Made by a program: the position numbers and the translations under genes. This document shows, piece after piece, positions 1-8,961 of a stretch of 64,000 nt of DNA. The stretch is from NCBI GenBank assembly GCA_021787535.1, contig JAJYLR010000001.1, positions 19,648 through 83,647 of the forward strand, given 5' to 3'. How positions within the stretch are numbered: position 1 is the first letter of the stretch; each line of letters starts with the position of its first letter. The notes below the pieces were generated by a model, which saw nothing but the letters and a program-made list of their open reading frames with translations, did not search any database and had not been told where the DNA came from. Source of the DNA: a bacterium (GTDB lineage: Bacteria > Patescibacteriota > CPR2 > UBA1875 > JAJYID01).

Positions 1-930
1 TTAGGTATTGATTACCCCATTTTTCAAGGTGGGATGACCTGGGTGAGCGACGCAACGCTTGTTTCGGCGGTTTCAAACGCCGGCGGGCTAGGTATTATCG
101 GATCGGGGGCTATGCCCCCAAAAATTCTGCGGGAAGAGATTCAGAAAACACGCGAACTGACCAACCGGCCGTTCGGTGTCAATCTGATCATGCTTAATCC
201 GGAGTTTGATGATCAGCTCCAGGTAGTGCTTGAGGAGAAACCGGTCGCGGTGACTCTTGGCGCCGTTACGCTTCCGAGACCGGTTCCTGTTCTCAAGGAA
301 AATGGCATTAAGGTTATGCCGGTGGTTGCTGCAGCTTCTATTGCCCGAAAATGGGCCGAGAAAGGTGCGGATGCCATTATCGCGGAAGGTCAGGAAGCGG
401 GCGGACACATCGGGAAAACTGGAACCATGGTTTTGACCAGGAGCGTTGCTAAAGCCGTAAATGTTCCGGTGATCTCAGCCGGAGGCATAGCCGATGGCGC
501 AGGTATGGCAGCGGCCTTTGCTCTCGGAGCGGAAGGTATTCAGATGGGTACGCGTTTTCTCTGCTCCACGGATTGCGCCATTCATCCTGATACGAAAGCG
601 GTTTATCTAAAAACAGGGGAAAGGAAAACCGGAGTTTGCGCCCAAAGCATAGGATTACCTGTCAGAGTTATCAAAAACGATCTCGCGAAAATGTATGAAG
701 ATCTCGAAGGGCAGTACGCCAATGGCGATTGCTCGAAGCAAGATGTTGAAGAAGTGGGGCTCGGCAAGCTGCGTGAGGCAATGAGAGAGGGAAATATAAA
801 AAGCGGATCACTGATGTCCGGCGAGTGTGTTTCCTTGATATATGAGGAGCAATCAGCCAGAGAAATCATCCAGGAGGTAGCCAAAGACTGTATGGAAATT
901 CTTGCAGGGGCAGCTTTTGAACGGCTCTAA
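1..930 (+). CDS. fabK: Enoyl-[acyl-carrier-protein] reductase II (FabK, FMN-dependent NPD fold). 5' partial; the ORF is open from nt 1.
   Basis: In frame from nt 1 (LGIDYPIFQGGMTWV...). FMN/TIM-barrel motifs GGLGIIG, AEGQEAGGHIG, SAGGIADG, GTRF. Close overall resemblance to streptococcal FabK. Confidence 0.8.
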   Translation, partial: LGIDYPIFQGGMTWVSDATLVSAVSNAGGLGIIGSGAMPPKILREEIQKTRELTNRPFGVNLIMLNPEFDDQLQVVLEEKPVAVTLGAVTLPRPVPVLKENGIKVMPVVAAASIARKWAEKGADAIIAEGQEAGGHIGKTGTMVLTRSVAKAVNVPVISAGGIADGAGMAAAFALGAEGIQMGTRFLCSTDCAIHPDTKAVYLKTGERKTGVCAQSIGLPVRVIKNDLAKMYEDLEGQYANGDCSKQDVEEVGLGKLREAMREGNIKSGSLMSGECVSLIYEEQSAREIIQEVAKDCMEILAGAAFERL

Positions 931-956
931 AAGCATACTTTTTCACACAAAATAAA

Positions 957-996
957 GGGCGGGGAACCAGATGATTCCCCGCCCTAAAAGTTTTTT
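957..996. terminator. GC-rich hairpin (gggcggggaa / ttccccgccc) between convergent fabK and rpsT. A T-run follows on the minus strand, so it likely acts as a bidirectional rho-independent terminator.
   Basis: 10-bp perfect stem, 8-nt loop, flanked by A/T runs. Confidence 0.6.
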
Positions 997-1004
997 AAAA
1001 CAAA

Positions 1005-1325
1005 TTATTTTTTCTTTGCAGCAGGTTTTTTCTTAGCGGTTGTTTTCTTATCCGCTTTTACTTTTTTGCCCTCTTTCACCAGTTTTACAAGCCGGGACTT
1101 TTTTCTGGCAGCCGTATTTTTATGAATGACATTTTTCTTTGCCGCTTTATCCAGTGACTTATAAACTGCAGAAATTTTTTCCTGCATTTCTTTCTCGCTT
1201 AAAACACCGATGCCTTTTTTGACTGCTTTAACTTTGGCTTTATAGGCATCTTTAATAGCCCGGTTTCGGACTGTTCTGGTTCTGGTTTGGCGCATTTGTT
1301 TCTGCGCTGATTTAATTACTGGCAT
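1005..1325 (-). CDS. rpsT: 30S ribosomal protein S20 with a lysine-rich C-terminal extension
   Basis: N-terminus MPVIKSAQKQMRQTRTRTVRNRAIKD is characteristic of S20. Long K/A-rich tail. Confidence 0.85.
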   Translation of the reverse strand: MPVIKSAQKQMRQTRTRTVRNRAIKDAYKAKVKAVKKGIGVLSEKEMQEKISAVYKSLDKAAKKNVIHKNTAARKKSRLVKLVKEGKKVKADKKTTAKKKPAAKKK

Positions 1326-1446
1326 ATTATCCTTTTAAATTATTATATTTAGATAACAAAAGCTATTTTAACAAAAAACAAGTGGGTTGTAAAGGAAAAA
1401 TGCCCCGAAAATTTCGGGGCATTTCACGTTGTAAAACGCGGTCAGT

Positions 1447-1701
1447 TTATTCTGTGCAAGTTTTGATCCACAAGTTCCTAACGTAACTGATGGCAAACAA
1501 TATGATGTAGGTTGCAAATAGACTAACACAGAAGGAACCTATGATGCTTAATGGCTCATACTCGCTCATTTTGGTATTATCTGCAAATCGATAGTAATGG
1601 GTGATTACCGCAATTGCGTTTCCCAAACTAATGGCCATGAGGTAGAAACTGATTTTCCAGCCGCTTGGCCATTTTCTCGTTGAAATCGAGAACTGGATCA
1701 A
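1447..1701 (-). CDS. Hypothetical small membrane protein (2 predicted TM helices). Non-ATG (TTG) start.
   Basis: ORF only; hydrophobic segments. No recognisable family. Confidence 0.25.
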   Translation of the reverse strand: MIQFSISTRKWPSGWKISFYLMAISLGNAIAVITHYYRFADNTKMSEYEPLSIIGSFCVSLFATYIILFAISYVRNLWIKTCTE

Positions 1702-1929
1702 CTAGTAACAAACCACTGCGCCGATTGAGTACAAAATAAGCTGCTGCCAGAGAGGCATTTTCATCACTCCTTCACAATAGGTTCATTAACATATGCTAAA
1801 GTTTATAAATTATACCAAACTTTAGCGTTTTTTTCAATTCTTTTCCGATTAAATTATTGACATCTTCTTTTATTTGAGATACACTTTTCTATTACCGTTT
1901 AAAACGGAGGGTAGAGAGATTTGAGTTAG

Positions 1930-3522
1930 ATGGAGCTTTCACCAAAGCAGCAAATAGTTGAGCTAATCAAAAAGTCGCAGGATATATTGCTTCTCGGGCA
2001 CGCGGGTCCGAGTGGAGACAGCATAGGATCTCTTTTGGCATTACATCGAGTTTTGAAAGATATCGGCAAAAATCCAAGCGTGGTTGTAAGTGATAAAATC
2101 CCAAGTGCTCTTGCATTTTTACCCGATATCTCGGAAATCAAGCAGGAACCGGAAGGGGCGAAAGATATTGTCCTCAAAGTCAAAATTAAAGATACTGGTA
2201 TAGAAAAGATCTCAACTCGAAGCGATGAGGAAACTCTGGATATCATTATTACGCCGCAAGACGGCAAGTTTGAGGCGAGCGATGTTGTGGTCGAAGCCGG
2301 CAAACCGAAATATGACTGCATCATGGTGCTTGACACGCCGGATGTAGATAAAATCGATCATGTTTACGATAGACACACCGAGCTTTTCTTTGAAACGCCG
2401 GTTGTAAACATTGATCATCATGCCGGCAATGAATATTTTGGCACGGTCAATCTGGTAGACCTGACTGCCACTTCTACGGCGGAGATCTTGGTGGCTATTT
2501 TTGAAGCGCTTGGAAAGCCGAAACCGGATGAGGATACGGCCACACTTCTTCTGGCCGGCATTACCGCTGACACGGCCAGCTTTAAAAATAATAATACCAC
2601 TCCGAAAACTATGACTGTGGCAGCACAGCTTCTGGCTGCCGGCGCGCATCAGCAGGAAATTATCCAGAATTTCTACAAAATGAAAAGCTTAAAAGCTTTG
2701 AAACTTTGGGGGAAAATACTTTCAAATGTTGAAAAAGATACGGACTTTCGCATTGTTTGGTCAAAACTTAGTTATCGAGATTTTTCCGGCGCGGATTCGA
2801 CACTGGATGAGGCAAAAGAAGTGATGGATAAAATGCTTGCCAATACCCCAAACGCAGATGTGGTCGCTCTTCTCACCGAGATAGACGAAAATATAACCAC
2901 TGTTTTCCTAAAGGGTGTCAAAGGGACGGATGTCTTGGAGATTGCCGAAGTTTTTCACGGACGGGGTACGGCTCGTGATGCGTCTTTTGAAATCAAAAAT
3001 ATGAGTTTAAGTTCGGCTGAAGAGAAAGTGCTGGGTGAGATTCGAAAGGTCAGATCAAAAAAACTAGGAAGGCCTATTAGAGAGACAGAGGAACTGCATA
3101 ATCGAATAACAAAAGAACAAGATACTGAAAAGATTGCAGGTGAAAATGATGGTACTGGAGAAAAAGAATCGGAAAGTGTTGCAAAAATACAAATATCAGG
3201 GCCAGAAACTCCCGAAGATAAACCGGAGGTTAAAGAAAGGGCAGCCGATGAACATCAGGCAGAGCAAGGAGATGCAATCTCGAAAGCAATAGAATCGCTT
3301 GAGGCAGCTGGCGAAAAAATTAGCGATGGAGAAGATAAGAAAAATACAGATGATCCGGCGCCGACCCAAAAGAAGCAGATTCAAAAAGACCCGGGTTCCT
3401 TAACTCACGTGTCTGAGGTTCTCAAAAAATTTAATCCTAACGATAAAAAGAAGCTTGAGGAATTTAAAGCTAAAAACGAACGCGCTAGAGAGAATCTGAA
3501 GAAAGAGAATGGAGAAAGATAA
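1930..3522 (+). CDS. nrnA: DHH/DHHA1 family phosphoesterase (NrnA-like oligoribonuclease/pAp phosphatase) with a ~170-aa low-complexity acidic/basic C-terminal tail
   Basis: DHH motif region NIDHHAGNEYFG, DHHA1-like GGGH-equivalent HGRGTARDASF. The tail is rich in E/K/D. Confidence 0.75.
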   Translation: MELSPKQQIVELIKKSQDILLLGHAGPSGDSIGSLLALHRVLKDIGKNPSVVVSDKIPSALAFLPDISEIKQEPEGAKDIVLKVKIKDTGIEKISTRSDEETLDIIITPQDGKFEASDVVVEAGKPKYDCIMVLDTPDVDKIDHVYDRHTELFFETPVVNIDHHAGNEYFGTVNLVDLTATSTAEILVAIFEALGKPKPDEDTATLLLAGITADTASFKNNNTTPKTMTVAAQLLAAGAHQQEIIQNFYKMKSLKALKLWGKILSNVEKDTDFRIVWSKLSYRDFSGADSTLDEAKEVMDKMLANTPNADVVALLTEIDENITTVFLKGVKGTDVLEIAEVFHGRGTARDASFEIKNMSLSSAEEKVLGEIRKVRSKKLGRPIRETEELHNRITKEQDTEKIAGENDGTGEKESESVAKIQISGPETPEDKPEVKERAADEHQAEQGDAISKAIESLEAAGEKISDGEDKKNTDDPAPTQKKQIQKDPGSLTHVSEVLKKFNPNDKKKLEEFKAKNERARENLKKENGER

Positions 3523-3593
3523 TAGGTGGTCAATCCAAGTTTGCCTACGATGTTACTGATTCTGTTTGTAATTTACATAAATCGTAATTTCTT

Positions 3594-3625
3594 TTTCCAC
3601 TTTTTTGGAAAAAGTGGAGTAAAAA
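3594..3625. repeat. Hairpin repeat tttccacttttttggaaaaagtgga followed by aaaaatcgc. A second copy of the same design lies at 20937-20968.
   Basis: 10-11-bp stem with a TTTTTT loop. Both copies lie just downstream of genes (nrnA, efp). Confidence 0.5.
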
Positions 3626-3847
3626 TCGCGGCTTTTGCGGCTTCTCAAAATGTCGTTTAAAGATTCGCTCAAATTTAGCAAATAACAACAAGCCGATTCC
3701 GGAAGTTATTTTCTAAAAGTTCTCTAATCTTATCACTCTTTTTTCGAACCGATAGCCGCAGGAATAAATTCAGCTCTCTTTGAAAAAATCATGCCGGGGG
3801 AAAGAATTTCGACTCGATAGTCGGATCTAAAGAGGTATAATTAAATC

Positions 3848-4498
3848 ATGCAAAAAGAAGGGATATATTTAATCGACAAACCAGCCGGGTGGACGAGTTT
3901 CGATGTGGTGGCAAAAATACGCTCTATTTCCGGCGTGAAATCTGTCGGCCATGCCGGGACACTCGATCCCTTTGCGACAGGGCTTCTCATTGTATTGATC
4001 GGAAAAGAATTGACCAAAAGGCAAAGCGAATTTATGCAGCTTGATAAAGAGTATGAGGCGGTGCTAAAGTTAGGTTTTGAAAGCACGACTGGTGATCCGG
4101 AAGGCGAAATTGTTGAAAGTAAAAAGGTAAAAATAAAAAGTAAAAAGGAAGTCGAAAATACTTTAGAGCAATTTGTTGGCGAGATCGAGCAGACTCCACC
4201 GGCGCACTCGGCCATTAAAATTGACGGCCAGCGGGCTTACAAAAAGGCGCGGAGGGGTGAGAAATTTGAAATACCTAAGCGCAAAATCACGATTTATTCT
4301 TTGTATTTGATCAGCTACGATTACCCTTATTTGAAGTTTCGCGTCAAATGTTCAAGCGGGACTTATATTCGTACTTTAGGACAAGATATTGCCGAGAGTT
4401 TAGGAACGAGAGGTTATCTTATAGAGCTCAGACGGACAAGGATTGGCAGATATGACATTGTAAATTCCCGTAAAATTGATGAAATAAATAAAGCTTAA
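3848..4498 (+). CDS. truB: tRNA pseudouridine(55) synthase TruB
   Basis: GIYLIDKPAGWTSFDVV...GHAGTLDPFATGLL catalytic Asp motif. Conserved truB-rpsO-pnp order. Confidence 0.9.
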   Translation: MQKEGIYLIDKPAGWTSFDVVAKIRSISGVKSVGHAGTLDPFATGLLIVLIGKELTKRQSEFMQLDKEYEAVLKLGFESTTGDPEGEIVESKKVKIKSKKEVENTLEQFVGEIEQTPPAHSAIKIDGQRAYKKARRGEKFEIPKRKITIYSLYLISYDYPYLKFRVKCSSGTYIRTLGQDIAESLGTRGYLIELRRTRIGRYDIVNSRKIDEINKA

Positions 4499-4570
4499 AC
4501 TAACTTTGCCTTGAAATGAAAACCGCTTTCGTGGTAAAATAAGATAAACTAAGCAGCGAAAGGAACGATT

Positions 4571-4837
4571 GTGTTAAAGAAAGAAGAAAAAGAAGAGATT
4601 ATTAAAGGCAGCGAAACTCATGAAGGCGACACCGGTTCGCCGGAAGTTCAAATTGCTATTTTTACTGAAAAGATTAAAAAATTAACCGAGCACTTAAAAA
4701 CCCACAAGAAAGACAATCATTCAAGGCGCGGGCTCTTAAAAATGGTTTCCAAAAGGCGAAAGCTGCTTGATTATTTAATGAATACGAACAAGAAGCGATA
4801 TACCGAAGTGGTTAAAAAACTGGGATTGAGAAAGTAA
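4571..4837 (+). CDS. rpsO: 30S ribosomal protein S15 (GTG start)
   Basis: [48 protein letters not shown] is a canonical S15 sequence. Confidence 0.9.
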   Translation: MLKKEEKEEIIKGSETHEGDTGSPEVQIAIFTEKIKKLTEHLKTHKKDNHSRRGLLKMVSKRRKLLDYLMNTNKKRYTEVVKKLGLRK

Positions 4838-4951
4838 TTTAGAACATTAATAAATTAAATATTGAGAAACCGGAAATTTTAGCCGGGTAAGAAGAGTGGA
4901 TTAACATCGGCTCCTTGAACTCGTTTGAAATCTCCATTTCTCAGGAAAGGG

Positions 4952-4971
4952 CCCCGACGTTTCAGTCGGGG
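4952..4971 (+). promoter_or_regulatory. Stem-loop (ccccgac / gtcgggg) in the rpsO-pnp intergenic leader. Candidate pnp autoregulation / RNase III processing hairpin.
   Basis: 7-bp GC stem immediately upstream of the pnp RBS. Its position matches known pnp leader regulation, but the site itself is not conserved enough to recognise. Confidence 0.3.
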
Positions 4972-4985
4972 TAAAAAGGAAAAAA

Positions 4986-7085
4986 ATGGAGAAAAAATCT
5001 CTAGGAAAAGTCTCTCTGGAAGCAAAATCAGGAGACAAGAATTTTAAATTTGAAACAGGCAAATTAAACAAATTTGCTAGCGGATCGTGCGTCGTATCAA
5101 GCGGCGACTCTATTGTAATGGCAACGGTCGTGGTCTCGGAAGGAGTGAAGGAAGGTATCGATTACTTCCCTCTTTCAGTTGACTTCCAGGACAAATGGTA
5201 CGCAACCGGCAAGATCTCCGGTTCCAGGTTTGTCAAACGTGAAGGGCGCGGTTCGGAGCTCGGCATTTTGCGTTCCAGAATGATTGACAGGCCGATACGG
5301 CCAATGTTTCCGAAGGGATACATGAACGAAGTGCAGGTTATAGTTACTCCCCTTTCTATGGATTTGGAAATAGACCCTGTTGTTTTGGGCATGAACGCAG
5401 CTTCAGCTTCTCTGATGCTCAGTGGCGCGCCTTTTGAGGGGCCGATAAGTGCTGCCAGAGTTGGCCGGGTTGACGGTAAGCTCATCTTAAACCCAAGCTA
5501 CGAGGAAATGGAAAAATCAGATCTTGATATTTTGGTTGCCGGTACGAAAGAAGCCATTACGATGATTGAGGGTGGCGGAGATCAAGTCTCTGAAGACATT
5601 GTCGCCGAAGCACTCGAGTTTGCCCACAAAGGCATGCAGCCCTTGATTGAGGCGCAGGAAAAACTCATTAAAGAAATGAAGGTTAAAGCGCGTGAGTATG
5701 AACTGAATAAACCCCATGAAGGCGCATATCTTGCCATTACCAAATACCTGGAGGATAAGCTTGGCGAGGCAGTCAGACATCAGGACAAAATGGCTCGAAA
5801 CTTAATTATCAACGAGCTGGAAGACGTGGTTCATGAGCAATTCAAAGAAGAATTTGAAGAAGAGGAAATCTCCCTTGTGTTTGACAAGGTTATCAAAGAA
5901 GAAGTGAGAAAGGTAATACTTGAGGAAGGCATCCGTCCCGATCACAGGAAAATGGACGAAGTCAGGGCGCTGTCTGCTGAAGTCGGGTTACTACCGAGGA
6001 CTCACGGTTCAGGCCTCTTTACCCGTGGCGAAACACAGATTCTTTCCATCACCACACTCGCCTCTCCTTCGAAAGCCCAAATGATAGACTCAATGGATCA
6101 GGATTTCAACAAGCGCTACATCCACCATTACGTTGATACGGGCGCTTCATACGGTGATATCAAGCGGCTTGGCCCGGGCAGACGCGCCATCGGACACGGA
6201 TTTTTGGCTGAAAAGGCGCTTGAGCCGGTATTGCCTAAAGAAACAGACTTCCCTTACACCATTCGCGTTGTCAGTGAAATCTTATCCGAAAATGGCTCAT
6301 CCTCAATGGGTTCGGTTTGCGGTTCATCGCTGGCTCTTATGGATGCGGGCGTGCCTATCAAAGCGGCTGTTGCTGGTGTAGCCATGGGGCTGATGACCGA
6401 AGGCGGCGATCTTTCGAAGAAATACGTCATTTTGACCGACATTCAAGGAGCGGAGGACTTTGCCGGCGACATGGACTTCAAACTTGCCGGCACTAGAGGC
6501 GGCATGACCGCCATCCAGATGGACATCAAGGTCAAAGGTCTCACCCATGCGTTTTTGGTCGAGGTTATTAAGCGCGCCAAGGACGCCAGACTTCAGATCC
6601 TGGACGCTATGGACAAAGCCATTTCTGAGCCAAGAGGCGACCTTTCCGGTTACGCGCCTCGGCTGACTACTCTACACATTAATCCTGAAAAAATTCGCGA
6701 TGTTATCGGAAAAGGCGGGGAAATGATTAATAAAATTATTGCCGAGTGCAATGTCGAGATTGATATTGACGATGATGGAAATGTGGTTATCGCTGCGGTA
6801 AACGGTGAAAATGCCCAGAAAGCCATCGATTGGATTAAGTCAATCACGGCTGAGCCGGAAATTGGCAAAGTTTATAAAGGCAGAGTGGTCAAAATCATGG
6901 ACTTCGGCGCTTTTGTCGAGTTCATGCCAGGTAAGGAAGGCCTGGTTCACATCTCGCAGATTTCCCAGGAAAGGGTAAACAAAGTGACGGATGTGCTGAA
7001 AGAAGGGCAAGCTGTGGATGTGAAGCTGGTTGAGATCGACTCCCAAGGCCGAAATAATCTCTCCATGAAAGCAGTGAAGAAATAA
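4986..7085 (+). CDS. pnp: Polyribonucleotide nucleotidyltransferase (PNPase)
   Basis: Two RNase PH domains (RPIRPMFPKGY motif), a C-terminal KH domain and an S1 domain (GKVYKGRVVKIMDFGAFVEF). Confidence 0.95.
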   Translation: MEKKSLGKVSLEAKSGDKNFKFETGKLNKFASGSCVVSSGDSIVMATVVVSEGVKEGIDYFPLSVDFQDKWYATGKISGSRFVKREGRGSELGILRSRMIDRPIRPMFPKGYMNEVQVIVTPLSMDLEIDPVVLGMNAASASLMLSGAPFEGPISAARVGRVDGKLILNPSYEEMEKSDLDILVAGTKEAITMIEGGGDQVSEDIVAEALEFAHKGMQPLIEAQEKLIKEMKVKAREYELNKPHEGAYLAITKYLEDKLGEAVRHQDKMARNLIINELEDVVHEQFKEEFEEEEISLVFDKVIKEEVRKVILEEGIRPDHRKMDEVRALSAEVGLLPRTHGSGLFTRGETQILSITTLASPSKAQMIDSMDQDFNKRYIHHYVDTGASYGDIKRLGPGRRAIGHGFLAEKALEPVLPKETDFPYTIRVVSEILSENGSSSMGSVCGSSLALMDAGVPIKAAVAGVAMGLMTEGGDLSKKYVILTDIQGAEDFAGDMDFKLAGTRGGMTAIQMDIKVKGLTHAFLVEVIKRAKDARLQILDAMDKAISEPRGDLSGYAPRLTTLHINPEKIRDVIGKGGEMINKIIAECNVEIDIDDDGNVVIAAVNGENAQKAIDWIKSITAEPEIGKVYKGRVVKIMDFGAFVEFMPGKEGLVHISQISQERVNKVTDVLKEGQAVDVKLVEIDSQGRNNLSMKAVKK

Positions 7086-7100
7086 TTCTCGAGTAAAAAA

Positions 7101-7124
7101 AGACCTCGAAAGGGGTCTTTTTTG
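7101..7124 (+). terminator. Rho-independent terminator after pnp
   Basis: agacctc-gaaa-ggggtct hairpin followed by TTTTTT. Confidence 0.7.
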
Positions 7125-7137
7125 ATATAATCTGTTT

Positions 7138-7764
7138 ATGACACAAAAAGAAATTGTTCCGCATGATAGCAGATACATTGTTCTAACTCAGCAAAGTTTT
7201 TGTTGTCTTCCAACCTGTATCCAAATGGTTATGATTAGGCATAATATTCCGTTGGTTCAATCAGAAGAATTAGCTTATCACTTTGGTCTTTCTGTCACAA
7301 AAGAATTCAAACATTTATTTTGGAATCCAAGGTTGGTAGATAAACTACCGAAACAATACAGTGAACCAACAACCAGAATAAGTAAGCCGGAGTATGAACC
7401 AAACAAAGTTTTTAAGCAAATGGGTATTCCTCTAAGGTTTAGTCAAACTCTTATTAATCAGTTTAAAAAATTTAACGATTTTGAGGAATACCTAAAAGAA
7501 GCCATCAAAGAGGGACGAGATACTTTAATCTGCTTTGATTGGGAAATTGCAAATCCTGACTACTTTGATAATTACATTGGTGGTTATGGTCATGTTGCTC
7601 TTCTTGATAAACTGATTAATGATAAAGAAATCCGTTACATTGATCCTGAACATGGTTATTCGAAATGGCCAATTATAAAGATAGAAACCCTTTATGAAGC
7701 AATGAAAAGTCATGGTTCAGATAGGGGTGCCGGTTTTTGGGAATTAGAATACATTAAGGAGTAA
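7138..7764 (+). CDS. Papain-fold cysteine peptidase/acyltransferase-like protein (peptidase C39_2 / BtrH-like)
   Basis: Putative catalytic triad: Gln/Cys in QQSFCCLPTCIQMVM, His in GGYGHVALLD, Asp in IDPEHG. The order and spacing fit the C39-like fold. Confidence 0.45.
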   Translation: MTQKEIVPHDSRYIVLTQQSFCCLPTCIQMVMIRHNIPLVQSEELAYHFGLSVTKEFKHLFWNPRLVDKLPKQYSEPTTRISKPEYEPNKVFKQMGIPLRFSQTLINQFKKFNDFEEYLKEAIKEGRDTLICFDWEIANPDYFDNYIGGYGHVALLDKLINDKEIRYIDPEHGYSKWPIIKIETLYEAMKSHGSDRGAGFWELEYIKE

Positions 7765-7766
7765 TT

Positions 7767-8225
7767 ATGGAAATACGAAAAGCAAAAATTGAAGATCTGA
7801 AAGAACTGCGGGAACTATACCATCAGTTCCTGATAGAGGACAATGATGGTACGTTTGATGCAGAGTGGGCATTTACAGAAAGAAGTACAGCGCTTTTGCG
7901 AGAACCTATAGAAAAAGAGAATGGGTTTGTTTATCTTTTTGAAGACAAGGGGAACTTAGCTGGATTTATAATTGGCTGGATGCTTGAGGCAAAAGAAAGC
8001 AGAAAAGAGGTGCTGCCGGCTAGGATTGATGAAATTTATATTGCGAAAGACTACCGAGGTCAGGGTGTTGGGAAAAAGTTGGCTAAGGAATTTGAAAAAT
8101 GGGCGAAAATCAAAGGTGCAAATAAGGTTAAGGTCGGTTCCTACTATGACAATAAGGCGGCCAGAAGATTGTATGAGAGTCTTGGATATAAAGAATGGGT
8201 TGTTGAATACGAAAAAGACTTATGA
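7767..8225 (+). CDS. GNAT family N-acetyltransferase
   Basis: Motif A IYIAKDYRGQGVGKKLAKEFEKWAK. Motif B region NKAARRLYESLGY. Confidence 0.85.
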   Translation: MEIRKAKIEDLKELRELYHQFLIEDNDGTFDAEWAFTERSTALLREPIEKENGFVYLFEDKGNLAGFIIGWMLEAKESRKEVLPARIDEIYIAKDYRGQGVGKKLAKEFEKWAKIKGANKVKVGSYYDNKAARRLYESLGYKEWVVEYEKDL

Positions 8226-8707
8226 AAGTTGCGGTTTTTAGCGATGTGCATGACAACCTTGTTCGCTGGCGGGAAGCAGCGGAAATTGTTAAGCGTGAGA
8301 AAATCAAGATCGGCTTTTGCTGCGGGGATATTGGCGATTTAGATACAGTTAGCGAGGTGGCGAAATCTTTTGAAACTCTTTATTTGGCTTTGGGGAACTT
8401 AGATTTCAAGATTAAAAACGCAAGCGGATTATTTCCGGATAATGTGGTCTTCGCGCCGGATTTCGGCGAAGTCGTGCTTGATAAGCGCAAAATTGCCTAT
8501 GTTCACAACAATCGTACGGCCAAACAATTAGCCGAGTCTGGGAGATATGACATTGTGTTCTACGGCCACACCCATACGCCGTGGGAGGAAAAGATTGGTG
8601 CAACTCAATTAATCAATCCCGGTGAAGTCGCCGGCCAGTTCGGAAAAGCCAGCTTTGCCATTTTTGACTTGAAAACCCTAAAAGCCGAGCTCAAAATTTT
8701 GAAATAA
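8222..8707 (+). CDS. Metallophosphoesterase, YfcE/MJ0936-like
   Basis: MKVAVFSDVHDN, GDIGD, GHTHTPWEE calcineurin-like motifs. Confidence 0.8.
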   Translation: MKVAVFSDVHDNLVRWREAAEIVKREKIKIGFCCGDIGDLDTVSEVAKSFETLYLALGNLDFKIKNASGLFPDNVVFAPDFGEVVLDKRKIAYVHNNRTAKQLAESGRYDIVFYGHTHTPWEEKIGATQLINPGEVAGQFGKASFAIFDLKTLKAELKILK

Positions 8708-8710
8708 TTC

Positions 8711-8739
8711 TTGACATATACCTCTGGATTTGCTATACT
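8711..8739 (+). promoter_or_regulatory. Consensus sigma70-type promoter: TTGACA, 17-nt spacer, TATACT
   Basis: Exact -35 TTGACA and -10 TATACT with a 17-nt spacer, upstream of the udg gene leader. Confidence 0.6.
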
Positions 8740-8846
8740 TGACCCAACGTTTTGAAGTTCTCGAGCATATAAATGATGAAATTTTGTTCTGCAAATTATA
8801 TTATTTAGGGTTTGATTTATGATTTTTATATAGATTTTGAATCAGT

Positions 8847-8920
8847 TCAGAATGACAGAAAGGGGAGGATTCTGGACCCGCCTGCGTTTCACTACGGAAC
8901 GGACAGGCAAGCCAGAATGC
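8847..8920. repeat. Degenerate copy of the GATTC...GAATGAC palindromic element family in the udg 5' leader
   Basis: cagaatgaca...gattctgg...gcaagccagaatgc has family signature ends but an expanded loop. Confidence 0.45.
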
Positions 8921-8961
8921 CCCAAACACTTAATACTTAAGTAAGGGGCAGGCATAGGACT

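Noticed and set aside
2212-2649. Antisense ORFs inside nrnA, pnp, ftsK, rny, ychF and others (many entries in the ORF track)
   Set aside because: They are embedded in the opposite strand of well-supported conserved genes and have no motifs.
7972-8241. 89-aa ORF overlapping the GNAT gene in another frame
   Set aside because: The GNAT frame carries the canonical acetyl-CoA motif. The overlapping frame is basic and low-complexity.
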